Assembly (NCBI GenBank): GCA_025354605.1
Contig: JANXMN010000276.1
Location: 1-53,618, forward strand
Source of the DNA: Hymenobacter sp.
Lineage (GTDB): Bacteria > Bacteroidota > Bacteroidia > Cytophagales > Hymenobacteraceae
Length of the DNA stretch: 53,618 nucleotides
Direction: 5' to 3'
In this document: piece by piece, positions 39,100 through 48,159 of the stretch
Numbering within the stretch: the first letter of the stretch is position 1
How the letters are laid out: every line of letters starts with the position of its first letter
The notes under the pieces: generated by a model
What the model was told of the DNA's origin: nothing
What the model saw: the letters and a program-made list of their open reading frames with translations, nothing else
Database searches by the model: none
Program-made: the position numbers and the translations under genes

Positions 39100-39792
39100 A
39101 TGAAGACCCTGCAAAAAATTGCCCTAGTAGCCTTTGCCGTATTGTCGGCTGGTGCGGCTAATGCCCAATCGAACCCCTGCGTGAACTGCGCTCCCCCGGC
39201 TCGCCCGACCCCTCCCGCTCTGCGTGACCCCGGTTGTCTGACCTGTGGCAGCAGTGCCAACGCTTTCTGGTCGGTAGCTCAAGGCGCGGCGGCCCGCACG
39301 GCCACTGACAACTTCTCGAACGTGTACCAGAACGGCCACTTGCAGTATGCTTGCGTGGACCAGGCTGGTCCCGGCAACACCGCTCAGCTGAGCCAGAACT
39401 CTAATAACGACGCCAGCGACTACGGCAACAACGCCTGGCAGACCCAAGTGAACGACGGCGGGGCCGGTGGCCGCAACAGCGCCTACGGCGAGCAGCTCGG
39501 TGACCGCAGCACCATCGTGCAGAAGCAAACCGGTTCGGGCAACAACGCCCGGGCTCGTCAGGCTGACGAAGACTTCTACGTATCGTACCAGGAACAGGAC
39601 GGCCAGGGCAACCAGGCTTACTCGGACCAGGACGGCGCGTTCTACCACTACTCGATGCAGAAGCAAACCGGCGGCGGCGGCGGCGGTGCTGGCCTGAACA
39701 ACTACTCGACCGTTACCCAGCGTTCGGACCACGCCTGGAGCGCTACGGTGCAGGAAGGCCAGAACAACACGGTGGCTGTGTACCAGCACTAA
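39100..39792 (+). CDS. Curlin-repeat protein, probable major subunit (CsgA-like)
   Basis: Signal peptide; repeated Q-x-G-x-x-N-x-A-x-x-x-Q units; own promoter; N-terminal CVNC and CLTC. Confidence 0.8.
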   Translation: MKTLQKIALVAFAVLSAGAANAQSNPCVNCAPPARPTPPALRDPGCLTCGSSANAFWSVAQGAAARTATDNFSNVYQNGHLQYACVDQAGPGNTAQLSQNSNNDASDYGNNAWQTQVNDGGAGGRNSAYGEQLGDRSTIVQKQTGSGNNARARQADEDFYVSYQEQDGQGNQAYSDQDGAFYHYSMQKQTGGGGGGAGLNNYSTVTQRSDHAWSATVQEGQNNTVAVYQH

Positions 39793-39935
39793 GCTGAGCG
39801 AAGGGAACCCACGGCTTCGGCCGTGGGCCAACCTGAACTACTGCCGGACTACGGGCGGACCTCCGGGCCGCACCGGGGTCCGGCAGTAAGTGGTTCAGGC
39901 CCCTGCCAAGGCTTTTCCTTTCATTACCTTCGGTC

Positions 39936-40553
39936 ATGAAATACTCCCTGATACTGTGCCTGCTTGGCCTGGCGACCACGGCGGCTCCACAACTGGCCCG
40001 GGCGCAAGGGCAGTCGACCATCAGCGCGGCTCAGCTGCTTGCTGAAGAAATCGGGCTCGACCGCCTGCACGGAGTTAGCAACGTGTTGCCGGCGGCGGCC
40101 CGCACGCTGAGCGTGCTGCGCCAAACTGGCGACCGCAACGTGGCCGACATCGAACAGGTGGCGCTGGGCGCGGCGCCCAACCAAGCCTTCATCGTGCAGG
40201 CCGGCAACGCCAACGTCATCGGTTTCAACCAGTACGGCAGCGGCAACTCGGCCACGCTCGTGCTCACCGGCGACAGCAACACCGGCAACGTGAACCAGCG
40301 CCAAACGGCCAACTCGTTCGAAAGCGACATTCTGGGCAACCGCAACACGGTGAACCTGCTGCAAGATGGCAACAACAACCGCTCGGTGCTCAGCGCCGAG
40401 GGCAACGGCCGCACCTACGGCGTTACGCAGGTAGGCAACAACAACAACCTGGTGCAGCAGGAAGGGCTCAGCTCTTCGGCGCCCCGGGGCTACAGCGTGG
40501 AGATGCGCGGTAACGGCATCAACATGACCATTACGCAAGGCCGAGTACAATAG
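39936..40553 (+). CDS. Curlin-repeat protein, probable minor/nucleator subunit (CsgB-like)
   Basis: Signal peptide; QTGDRNVA, QAGNANVI, QYGSGNSA, QDGNNNRS, QVGNNNNL repeats. Confidence 0.8.
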   Translation: MKYSLILCLLGLATTAAPQLARAQGQSTISAAQLLAEEIGLDRLHGVSNVLPAAARTLSVLRQTGDRNVADIEQVALGAAPNQAFIVQAGNANVIGFNQYGSGNSATLVLTGDSNTGNVNQRQTANSFESDILGNRNTVNLLQDGNNNRSVLSAEGNGRTYGVTQVGNNNNLVQQEGLSSSAPRGYSVEMRGNGINMTITQGRVQ

Positions 40554-40605
40554 CTCCGGCGGCTACTTGCCTTTTCGGCTTCCGTTCTCGTTATTTTTCT
40601 GAGCT

Positions 40606-40992
40606 ATGAAATGCGTCCCGTTGGTGCTGGCAGCTTTAGTGATGCCGCCCGGCGGGACGTCTGCGCAGGGGCCGTTGCCCCTGTGCCAAGCCCGGCTGGA
40701 GCTGACGCGCCACGACCAGCTGCTGACCGTGACCGGCAGCTGCCGCAGCCTGCGGTCCGCGCCGGCCCGCTACCGCTACCAGTTGCTGGTGGTGCGCCGA
40801 AGCCCCGCCGGCCGCTCGCAAAGCGCGCAGGGTGGCGAGTTTGGCTTGGGCCCGGGGCAGGAAGCGCGGCTATCGGAAGTGCGCGTGAGCGTGCTGAGCC
40901 GTGACGAGTACCGGGTGCTGCTGCTTATTTTTGATGAAACGGGCCGGGTGGTGGCGCGCGACTCGGCCGCGCAGGGTGCCGCGCCGCGCTAA
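40606..40992 (+). CDS. csgH: Curli chaperone CsgH-like
   Basis: Two-Cys beta-sandwich pattern with YRYQL.V.R....GRSQSAQGGEF; directly after the curlins. Confidence 0.8.
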   Translation: MKCVPLVLAALVMPPGGTSAQGPLPLCQARLELTRHDQLLTVTGSCRSLRSAPARYRYQLLVVRRSPAGRSQSAQGGEFGLGPGQEARLSEVRVSVLSRDEYRVLLLIFDETGRVVARDSAAQGAAPR

Positions 40993-41070
40993 CCAGCGTG
41001 CTTTATTTACCTATAGTTTTCCTATCTTTCGTCTTCTTTTTCCCTCCTTCCCTTTTCTGCAACTACGATT

Positions 41071-42579
41071 ATGAGAGTTGGTTTATTGCTACTGGCGGCT
41101 TGGGCCGTGATTTTGGGTGCTTTGAGCGGTTGCGAAGATGCGACCGTGGCGCCTTCCACCTTCGGCAGCGTGGCCATTACGGTAGTTGATGCCCGCACCA
41201 ACCAGCCGCTACCCAACACGGGCATCAGCTCGAACCCGGCCACGGGCTCGTACGTGACCGACGCCCAGGGTAAGCTCACCATCAACGACTTGCCGACCGG
41301 GCTGGCGGCCGTTACGGCGCGGCGCACGGGCTACACCCAGCTCACCACCAACGTGAATATCGTGAGTGGCCAGACCCAAGCTATTGTGCTGCAACTAGAA
41401 AAGCCCACCACTGCGGCTGCGCCCAACGCGCCCGTGCGGCCCAGCCCGGCTACCGGCGCCACCGGCCAGCCCAGCGACGTGGCCCTGAGCTGGCACCCGA
41501 ATGGAACTACCAAAACCACAGTGCTGCGCTATGACGTGGTGCTTTTCGAAAGCAACAACCTGAACCAGCGCACGCTGCTCACCAACTCGAAAGACACGGT
41601 GGTAACAGCCACGGGTCTGCTCTACAATACCACCTACTACTGGCAAGTAACGGCCCGCGACACCATCGGAGCTAGCGCGCGCGGCCCGGTGTGGAGCTTT
41701 CAGACAGGTCCGCTGCCCGACAACCGCTACCTGTTTGCCCGCACCTCGGCCGGCAACACCGACATCTATTCTTCGGATAACACGGGCGGCAGCCTGATAC
41801 GCCTGACTTCTTCGGCCTTCGTGGAAACAGCTCCGCAACTGAGCCCGCTACGTGATATCGTAGCCTATACCTCGAACGCATCGGGCCAGTATCAGCTTTA
41901 TACCATGAACCGGGACGGCTCGAACCAGCGCCAGATTACGGCCTTGTCGGTGGAGGGCTACAGCAACGCGGGGGTTGGCTACCGGTGGTCACCCGATGGG
42001 TCGCAGCTGATTTACGCGCACTATGACCAGCTCTACCGCATCAACCGCGACGGCTCGGGGCTGACGCTATTGGCTACCGCACCCGCAGGCCGCCACTTTC
42101 GCGAGTGCGATTGGACGGCGCAGGGCAACCGCCTGGTGGTGCAAACCATTGGCGCGAATCCGTACGACTCGGAGCTCTACGTCTATAATACGGACGGCAC
42201 CAACCCGCAACTGCTGGTGAGCAACCTGCCGGGCCGGGTCGATTCGCCGAGCTTCAGCATCGACGGCCGTAGCATTGTCTTCACCCGCGATGTCGACGGC
42301 TTCAGCAGCCCCACGGGCCGGCAGCTCAACGCGCACATGTTCATCACCCGGCTCGATGGCACCAGCACCATAGACGTGACGGCCAGCACCTCGTCGGGCA
42401 GCACCAAACCGTTGGGTACCAACGACCTGACTCCGCACTACTCGCCTGATGGCTTTCGGCTGATTTTCGTGAACCGGGTGAACGACGACCTGAGCCCGCC
42501 GGAAGTCTGGACCATCAGCCTGGATGGCACCAGCCGCACCAAGCTCTTCAACAACGGCTTCCTGCCCGACTGGAAATAG
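41071..42579 (+). CDS. Lipoprotein: carboxypeptidase-regulatory-like + FN3-like + TolB-like beta-propeller
   Basis: Lipobox LSGC; TDAQGK; YNTTYYWQV; repeated WSPDG / YSPDG / MNRDGS blades. Confidence 0.85.
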   Translation: MRVGLLLLAAWAVILGALSGCEDATVAPSTFGSVAITVVDARTNQPLPNTGISSNPATGSYVTDAQGKLTINDLPTGLAAVTARRTGYTQLTTNVNIVSGQTQAIVLQLEKPTTAAAPNAPVRPSPATGATGQPSDVALSWHPNGTTKTTVLRYDVVLFESNNLNQRTLLTNSKDTVVTATGLLYNTTYYWQVTARDTIGASARGPVWSFQTGPLPDNRYLFARTSAGNTDIYSSDNTGGSLIRLTSSAFVETAPQLSPLRDIVAYTSNASGQYQLYTMNRDGSNQRQITALSVEGYSNAGVGYRWSPDGSQLIYAHYDQLYRINRDGSGLTLLATAPAGRHFRECDWTAQGNRLVVQTIGANPYDSELYVYNTDGTNPQLLVSNLPGRVDSPSFSIDGRSIVFTRDVDGFSSPTGRQLNAHMFITRLDGTSTIDVTASTSSGSTKPLGTNDLTPHYSPDGFRLIFVNRVNDDLSPPEVWTISLDGTSRTKLFNNGFLPDWK

Positions 42580-42621
42580 GGCCGGCCGGAACAAACCGGG
42601 CCGGAGCGCGTTAGGCCGGGC

Positions 42622-43062
42622 ATGCGCGTCATGCTCCATACTTCCGTTTCGCAGCCCCCGGCCCAGGTTATGGCCGGCTTCACCCGCGCCCTGTTTGTAG
42701 CGCTGGCCCCGCCGTTTCCGAAGCTGCGGGTGCTGCGCTTCGATGGCTGCCGCCAAGGCGACCAAGTGGAAATCGAGCTCAACACCGGCCTGAAGCGTCT
42801 GTCTTGGACCTCACTCATTACCGATGACGGCGTACGGCCCGACGGCACCCACTTTTTTATCGATGAGGGTCAGGTGCTCCCGCCACCACTGCGTTACTGG
42901 CGCCACCAGCACCGCATTGAGCCGGGTGAACGGGGCGGCAGCATCATTGTAGATGACCTGGAGTACCGTACGGCCTTTCGTTGGCTCGATGCGCTGCTAT
43001 TCCCGGCTATGTGGGCGCAGTTTGCCTGGCGGCAGCCCATTTACCGGCGGTGGTTTAACTAG
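42622..43062 (+). CDS. SRPBCC-superfamily protein
   Basis: FIDEG..LPPPLRYWRHQHRI...IVDDLEY pattern. Confidence 0.75.
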   Translation: MRVMLHTSVSQPPAQVMAGFTRALFVALAPPFPKLRVLRFDGCRQGDQVEIELNTGLKRLSWTSLITDDGVRPDGTHFFIDEGQVLPPPLRYWRHQHRIEPGERGGSIIVDDLEYRTAFRWLDALLFPAMWAQFAWRQPIYRRWFN

Positions 43063-43131
43063 GCTGGGCCAATGGTATGGCCCGCCCGGCTCCCGCTTCT
43101 CTATCCAACGGCCCTAGTGCCGGAGGCCGGG

Positions 43132-44442
43132 CTACGCCAGCAGCTTGCGCAGCTGGGCGGCGGCAATGGCGGGCTGCTCGCGCCAATAGTCGGCCAGCAA
43201 CGGGCCAATTTCCTGCTCGAACACTAGGCGCAGCCACGCGGCAGTTTCGGCCGGGGCAGCGGGTGGCTGGCAGAAATAGCTATGGCCGATGACGAAATCC
43301 GGCCCCAGCTCGGGGTCATCGGCAATGGCTTGGTTGAGGGCGGCCATACGGGTGCAGAGCTGCTCGATAAGCGGCGCGGGCACTTGCCGAGCCGCCAAAT
43401 ACTGCCGCAGCGGCGTGCCGAACTGCGGAGCCAGCCCCACCACGGCAAAGCGGCGACGCAGGGCGTAATCAAGCGGGCTCAGCGAGCGGTCGGCCAGGTT
43501 GAGGGTGCCGATGACGTAGAGGTTGTCGGGCACGAAAAAGCGCGAGGCTTCGGGCGGGGCGTAGGGCAGGCGCAGCGCGTGGGCGGGACCGCGCTTGTCG
43601 GCCTCCAGCAGCAGGAGGAACTCGCCGAAGATGCGCGGTACGTTGCCCCGGTTTAGCTCGTCAATCAGCAGAAAGTACGGCCGGGCGGGGTCGGCGGCGG
43701 CCCGCTGGCACAGCAGCGGCAGCACCCCCGGCACCAGCCGGAACTGCCCCCGGGCATCGGGCCGGAAGCCCAGCATAAAGTCCTCGTAGCCGTAGCTTGG
43801 ATGAAACTGCACCAGCTCGATGCAGGCCTCATCGCGCGCGCCCAGCAGCAGCCAGGCCAGCCGCCGCGCCAGAAACGTTTTGCCGGTGCCGGGCGGCCCC
43901 TGCACCAGCAGGTTGCGCCGCCGGTGCAGGCCGGCCAGGGCCGCGTCCAGCGCTGCCTCATCGATGAACAGCTCGGCCAGCGCTTCGGCCCGGGTATAGG
44001 TGGGTACGGCGTAGGGCAGGGCCGGCTCGGCCGCGCCGGCCGGGGCGGGCAGCCGTGCGGCAGCCACCAACTCGGCTACCGGGGGCAGGCCGGTGTAAAG
44101 GTCTTCGGCGTGCTGCTGGTCGGCCGCTTCGCCGTCGGTGGCCGAGCCGGGCGTGAGCACCGGCCGCCGGGTGCTGATGGTGAAATCCAGGCGTTCAAGC
44201 ACAGCGTTGGTGGCTGTGCCGGCCGGGCGGGGCCAGCGGGCAGCGGGGTTGCCGGTGGCCAGCCGCCAGGCATGCTCCGCTACGGTACGCGGGGGGTAGC
44301 GCCGGCCCCGGTACACCAGCTCGTAGACGGTGCCGGGCGGCAGCGGACGGCCTTCGCGGGCCAGTTGGCGCAAAGCGCGCAGCACGTGCTCGCGGGTGAG
44401 CACGGGGGGCGAAACCGGGGCAGCAGGTGAAGCAGCAGGCAT
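43132..44442 (-). CDS. McrB-family AAA+ GTPase/ATPase
   Basis: GPPGTGKT, VQFHPSYGYEDF, IDELNRGN, GTLNLADRS, DYALRRRF, IGHSYF. Confidence 0.9.
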   Translation of the reverse strand: MPAASPAAPVSPPVLTREHVLRALRQLAREGRPLPPGTVYELVYRGRRYPPRTVAEHAWRLATGNPAARWPRPAGTATNAVLERLDFTISTRRPVLTPGSATDGEAADQQHAEDLYTGLPPVAELVAAARLPAPAGAAEPALPYAVPTYTRAEALAELFIDEAALDAALAGLHRRRNLLVQGPPGTGKTFLARRLAWLLLGARDEACIELVQFHPSYGYEDFMLGFRPDARGQFRLVPGVLPLLCQRAAADPARPYFLLIDELNRGNVPRIFGEFLLLLEADKRGPAHALRLPYAPPEASRFFVPDNLYVIGTLNLADRSLSPLDYALRRRFAVVGLAPQFGTPLRQYLAARQVPAPLIEQLCTRMAALNQAIADDPELGPDFVIGHSYFCQPPAAPAETAAWLRLVFEQEIGPLLADYWREQPAIAAAQLRKLLA

Positions 44443-44479
44443 GTGGGCAAGGTAAGGCCGGCCGACCAAATGGCCGGGC

Positions 44480-44512
44480 AAAAAAAAGTCTCCCGGCCAG
44501 ACCGGGAGACTT
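44480..44512 (-). terminator. Intrinsic terminator
   Basis: AAGTCTCCCGG-CCAGA-CCGGGAGACTT with a T-tract on the minus strand. Confidence 0.8.
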
Positions 44513-44579
44513 GAGCAATTGGTAATACTTCACGCAAAGACAACACCCCGGGCAGGCTACCCGGCCGTTGCCGCAGGCC

Positions 44580-45422
44580 TTAGGGGGCCACGGTGAAGGT
44601 GCGCGTCACCGAGTTGTACGGGCCGGGAATCATGGTGCCGGCAGCATTTACCAGCTCCAGCTTCACGGTATTCTCGCCGGCGGGCAGGCCCTCCATCATG
44701 TAGGGTAGCCACTGGTCGAGCATGAACTCGGTGCCGTTGATGGTGGCGCGCACGCGGTTGCCGCTGGCTTCGAGGGTGGTGTTCACCAAGTAAAAATCGA
44801 GCATGATGCGACGGGCATCAGCGCCCGAATACGTGTCTTTCGGGCGGCTGTAGAAGATGGCCGGGGCCTTGGTGTCGAATGCCGGGCCGGTGAAGGGGCC
44901 AGCCCCTACTTTGAACACGCGCAGGTCGTAAGCGCCACGGTGCTTGAGACTTTCGTGGTAAGAGCGCGACAGGAACGAGAGCACCACGTGTTGGCCATCG
45001 GGAATGGCCTTGGTGAATTTGGTATCGTAGTGGGCCGTGTAGGGCTCGTTATCGACGATGTTGTGAATGTGCTGGCCTTTCATCGAGTTGGCCATCTGCG
45101 CCATGTGCGGGCCGCCGCTCATTTTGGTCAGGATGAAGTTGGTAATCTGGTAGTCGAAGGCCACCTCGCCACTCGGCACGCCAGACCCGGCAATCGGCAT
45201 GCGCAGGTTGAGCTGGGCCTCAGGGTACTTCGGCGAGTCGCTGAAGGGAGTAAGGCGAATACCGTTCGACTCCATTGCTTCACCGCTGGCGGCCGTGCGG
45301 GCCGCCGGGTTGGTGGTGCCTGCCGGGGCGCTTACATCGGTGGCGGGCTTGCTCGATTCGCAGCCGGCCAAAGCAGCCAAAGTCAGGGAGGTGCTGCACA
45401 GCAGCCAGAGAGAACGTTTCAT
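44580..45422 (-). CDS. Uncharacterised lipoprotein with His-rich motifs
   Basis: Lipobox LAGC; GQHIHNIVDN, AHY, RSYHESLKH. Confidence 0.8.
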   Translation of the reverse strand: MKRSLWLLCSTSLTLAALAGCESSKPATDVSAPAGTTNPAARTAASGEAMESNGIRLTPFSDSPKYPEAQLNLRMPIAGSGVPSGEVAFDYQITNFILTKMSGGPHMAQMANSMKGQHIHNIVDNEPYTAHYDTKFTKAIPDGQHVVLSFLSRSYHESLKHRGAYDLRVFKVGAGPFTGPAFDTKAPAIFYSRPKDTYSGADARRIMLDFYLVNTTLEASGNRVRATINGTEFMLDQWLPYMMEGLPAGENTVKLELVNAAGTMIPGPYNSVTRTFTVAP

Positions 45423-45575
45423 AAGGTTAGCGTGAAAAAAGTAGGTAGGGCAAAAAGAAATATCAGCCGTGCAAACGCCCTGCTTACGATAGTAAGCCGG
45501 TAACAGGTTTTGCTTAACTTGCGGCGTTACCCACAGATGGGGCTTGTCGGGCCTCAAAGTAAACTTAAAATTATT

Positions 45576-46550
45576 ATGCAAGACCAACTTCTTGACCAAA
45601 TTCCCTCGCTTGACTTGGCCGACTTCCGTTCCGGCGACTCCGAGCGCAAAGTCCGCTTCGTGCAGCAGCTCGGCGAGGCTTACCAGAACATCGGTTTCGT
45701 AGCCCTAAAAAACCACGGCCTCAACGACGACCAGACCAAGCAGCTGTACGCTGACGTGCAGGCGTTCTTTCAGCTGCCTGACGCCGCCAAGCAGCGCTAT
45801 GAGAAGCCGGAGCTGGCTGGCCAGCGCGGTTATATCAGCAAGGGCAAGGAGCACGCCAAGGGCCGCAACACCGGCGACCTCAAGGAGTTCTACCACGTGG
45901 GCCAGGTGGTGGAAGGCGACGACCCCATTAAGAGCGAGTACCCCGACAACATCTGGCCCGAGGAGCTGGGCACGTTCAAGGACACCGCCCTGAATACCTA
46001 CCGCACCCTGGAGTCGGCGGGTAAGGACGTGCTGCGCGCTATTGCCCTGTACCTGCACTTGCCCGAGAACTACTTCGACGACAAGGTGAAGAACGGCAAC
46101 AGCATTCTGCGCCCCATCCATTACTTCCCCATCGAAGACCCCGACGCGGTACCCGCCGATGCCGTGCGCGCCGCCGAGCACGGCGACATTAACCTGATTA
46201 CCCTGCTGATGGGCGCCAGCGCCGACGGCCTGCAGGTGAAGCGCCGCGACGACAAGTGGATTCCCATCACGGCTCTGCCCGACCAGATTGTGGTGAACGT
46301 GGGCGACATGCTCCAGCGCCTGACCAACGGCGTGCTGAAGTCCACCATTCACCGCGTGGTGAACCCGGCCCGCGAAAAAATGAACACCTCGCGCTATAGC
46401 ATCCCGTTCTTTATGCACCCGCGCTCGGAAATGAGCCTGGCCGCGCTGGAGCACTGCATCACGCCCGATAACCCCAAGAAGGAGGCCGATATTACGGCCG
46501 GCGAATTCCTGAACGAGCGCCTGATTGAGTTGGGACTGAAGAAAAAGTAA
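45576..46550 (+). CDS. Isopenicillin N synthase-like 2OG-Fe(II) oxygenase
   Basis: GFVALKNHG, HGDINLITLL (HxD), NVGDML, STIHRV, RYS. Confidence 0.93.
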   Translation: MQDQLLDQIPSLDLADFRSGDSERKVRFVQQLGEAYQNIGFVALKNHGLNDDQTKQLYADVQAFFQLPDAAKQRYEKPELAGQRGYISKGKEHAKGRNTGDLKEFYHVGQVVEGDDPIKSEYPDNIWPEELGTFKDTALNTYRTLESAGKDVLRAIALYLHLPENYFDDKVKNGNSILRPIHYFPIEDPDAVPADAVRAAEHGDINLITLLMGASADGLQVKRRDDKWIPITALPDQIVVNVGDMLQRLTNGVLKSTIHRVVNPAREKMNTSRYSIPFFMHPRSEMSLAALEHCITPDNPKKEADITAGEFLNERLIELGLKKK

Positions 46551-46573
46551 GGTTGGGTAAAACCTCCGTCAGC

Positions 46574-46674
46574 ACGTCATGCTGAGCTTGTCGAAGCATC
46601 TCTACCGCGCAAGTAATCCAATTCAATTGAGTTAGTGCTGCGGTAGAGATGCTTCGACAAGCTCAGCATGACGT
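46574..46674. repeat. CGTC-type palindromic repeat with perfect 35-bp arms
   Basis: ACGTCATGCTGAGCTTGTCGAAGCATCTCTACCGC and its exact reverse complement at 46640-74; second copy at 11168-11260. Confidence 0.9.
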
Positions 46675-46690
46675 TCTTTTTTTGTCCGGT

Positions 46691-48004
46691 ATGACTGTTC
46701 CGCCGCCCTTGCCTAATGCCCCGGCCCCGCTCGGCCCCGTTTCCCTCACGCCGCCCCCGCGGCGCTCGGGCAAGCGGACGCGGCGGGTCCGGGGCATTAT
46801 TTTTCTCAAGGACGTGGCGGGGCTATCGCTCACGGCTTTTGGGGGGCCGCAGGCGCACCTGGCCATGTTTTTCCGGCTGCTGGTGGAGAAGCGCCGCTAC
46901 CTGAGCGCGGCCGAACTGCTGGAGCTGCAGGCCCTGTGCGCCCTGCTGCCGGGGCCAACCTCGACGCAAACCATTACCGTTATCGGCTTCCGGCTGGGCG
47001 GGCCCAACCTGGCCTACCTCACCCTGCTGGTGTGGGTGGCCCCGGCCGTGACGCTGATGACCCTGGCCGCCCTCACCCTCAACCACCTCGACCCGTTGCG
47101 CCTGGCGGCGCTGGTGCAGTTTGTGCAGCCCGTGGCGGTGGGGTTCGTGGCGTTTTCGGCCTACAAGATTTCGGAGAAGGTTATTCATACCAAAACCTCG
47201 GTGGCGCTGCTGGTGGCGGCGGCCATGCTGGCCTACTTCTTCCAGCTGCCATGGATGCTGCCGCTGCTGCTGGTAGCCGGCGGGGCCGTGACGACGGTGC
47301 GCTACCGCAAGCACGCCATCGTGCAGGAGAAAAAGCCTCTGCGCGTGGAGTGGGCCAATTTTTCCCTGTGGTTCGGCACGCTGGCGGGGGCGGCCGTGCT
47401 GGGGCATTATACGCAGTGGCTACCGGTGCGCCTGTTCGAAAATTTCTACCGCAACGGCTCGCTGGTGTTCGGCGGTGGGCAGGTGCTGGCCCCGCTGCTC
47501 TACGCCGAGTTCGTCGAGTTCAAGCACTACCTCACGGGGCCGGAGTTTCTGTCGGGGCTGGGGCTGGTGCAGGCCATGCCGGGGCCCAACTTTTCGCTGG
47601 CGGCTTATATCGGGGCGCTAGCCTCACGGCCGGCCGGCGGCACCGGCACCCAGATTCTGGGGGCACTGGTGGGTGCGGCGGGCATTTTCCTGCCGGGTAC
47701 CTTCCTCATCTTCTTCGTCATTCGCTTCTGGGACCGGCTGCGGCAATACCGCGTGGTGCAGGCCTCGCTGGAGGGAATCAACGCCGTGAGCGCGGGGCTG
47801 GTGTGCGCGGCCACCTTTCTGCTTTATCACCCCCTCCCCGACCGATTAGTGATGCTGCCCTTCCACCTCGGCCCCATTCGCGCGCTACCGCTCAACCCGC
47901 TGCTAGTAGGCGTCACCTTCCTGCTGCTGCTCTGGGAGAAGGTGCCCAGCGTGGCCATTATCGCCGCCGCGCTGCTGGCTGGGACGCTGGTCGATGTGCG
48001 CTGA
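46691..48004 (+). CDS. chrA: Chromate efflux transporter (long-chain CHR)
   Basis: AFGGPQAH, LPGPTSTQ, VFGGGQVL, QAMPGPNFS, IFLPG. Confidence 0.92.
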   Translation: MTVPPPLPNAPAPLGPVSLTPPPRRSGKRTRRVRGIIFLKDVAGLSLTAFGGPQAHLAMFFRLLVEKRRYLSAAELLELQALCALLPGPTSTQTITVIGFRLGGPNLAYLTLLVWVAPAVTLMTLAALTLNHLDPLRLAALVQFVQPVAVGFVAFSAYKISEKVIHTKTSVALLVAAAMLAYFFQLPWMLPLLLVAGGAVTTVRYRKHAIVQEKKPLRVEWANFSLWFGTLAGAAVLGHYTQWLPVRLFENFYRNGSLVFGGGQVLAPLLYAEFVEFKHYLTGPEFLSGLGLVQAMPGPNFSLAAYIGALASRPAGGTGTQILGALVGAAGIFLPGTFLIFFVIRFWDRLRQYRVVQASLEGINAVSAGLVCAATFLLYHPLPDRLVMLPFHLGPIRALPLNPLLVGVTFLLLLWEKVPSVAIIAAALLAGTLVDVR

Positions 48005-48159
48005 AACGGTGAGCGGACCAATTTGGTATGGCACCATCCGTGCTGGCACGGAGATAAAAGGAGACAAAAATGCGCGCTGGCCCGGATTGTACAGCATAGC
48101 AACGGAGAATTCCTTTGTAGCAGTCCGGTAACGGGCTGTTTTCTCCACTACTTTGCTTC

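Noticed and set aside
47689-47700. CCTGCCGGGTAC, a partial match to the 15-bp micro-insertion
   Set aside because: It lacks the GACCC end and encodes the conserved FLPG motif of chromate transporters.
48088-48134. Weak direct repeat (GCAACGG / GTAACGG) upstream of the MORN gene
   Set aside because: Short, with irregular spacing; not distinguishable from chance.
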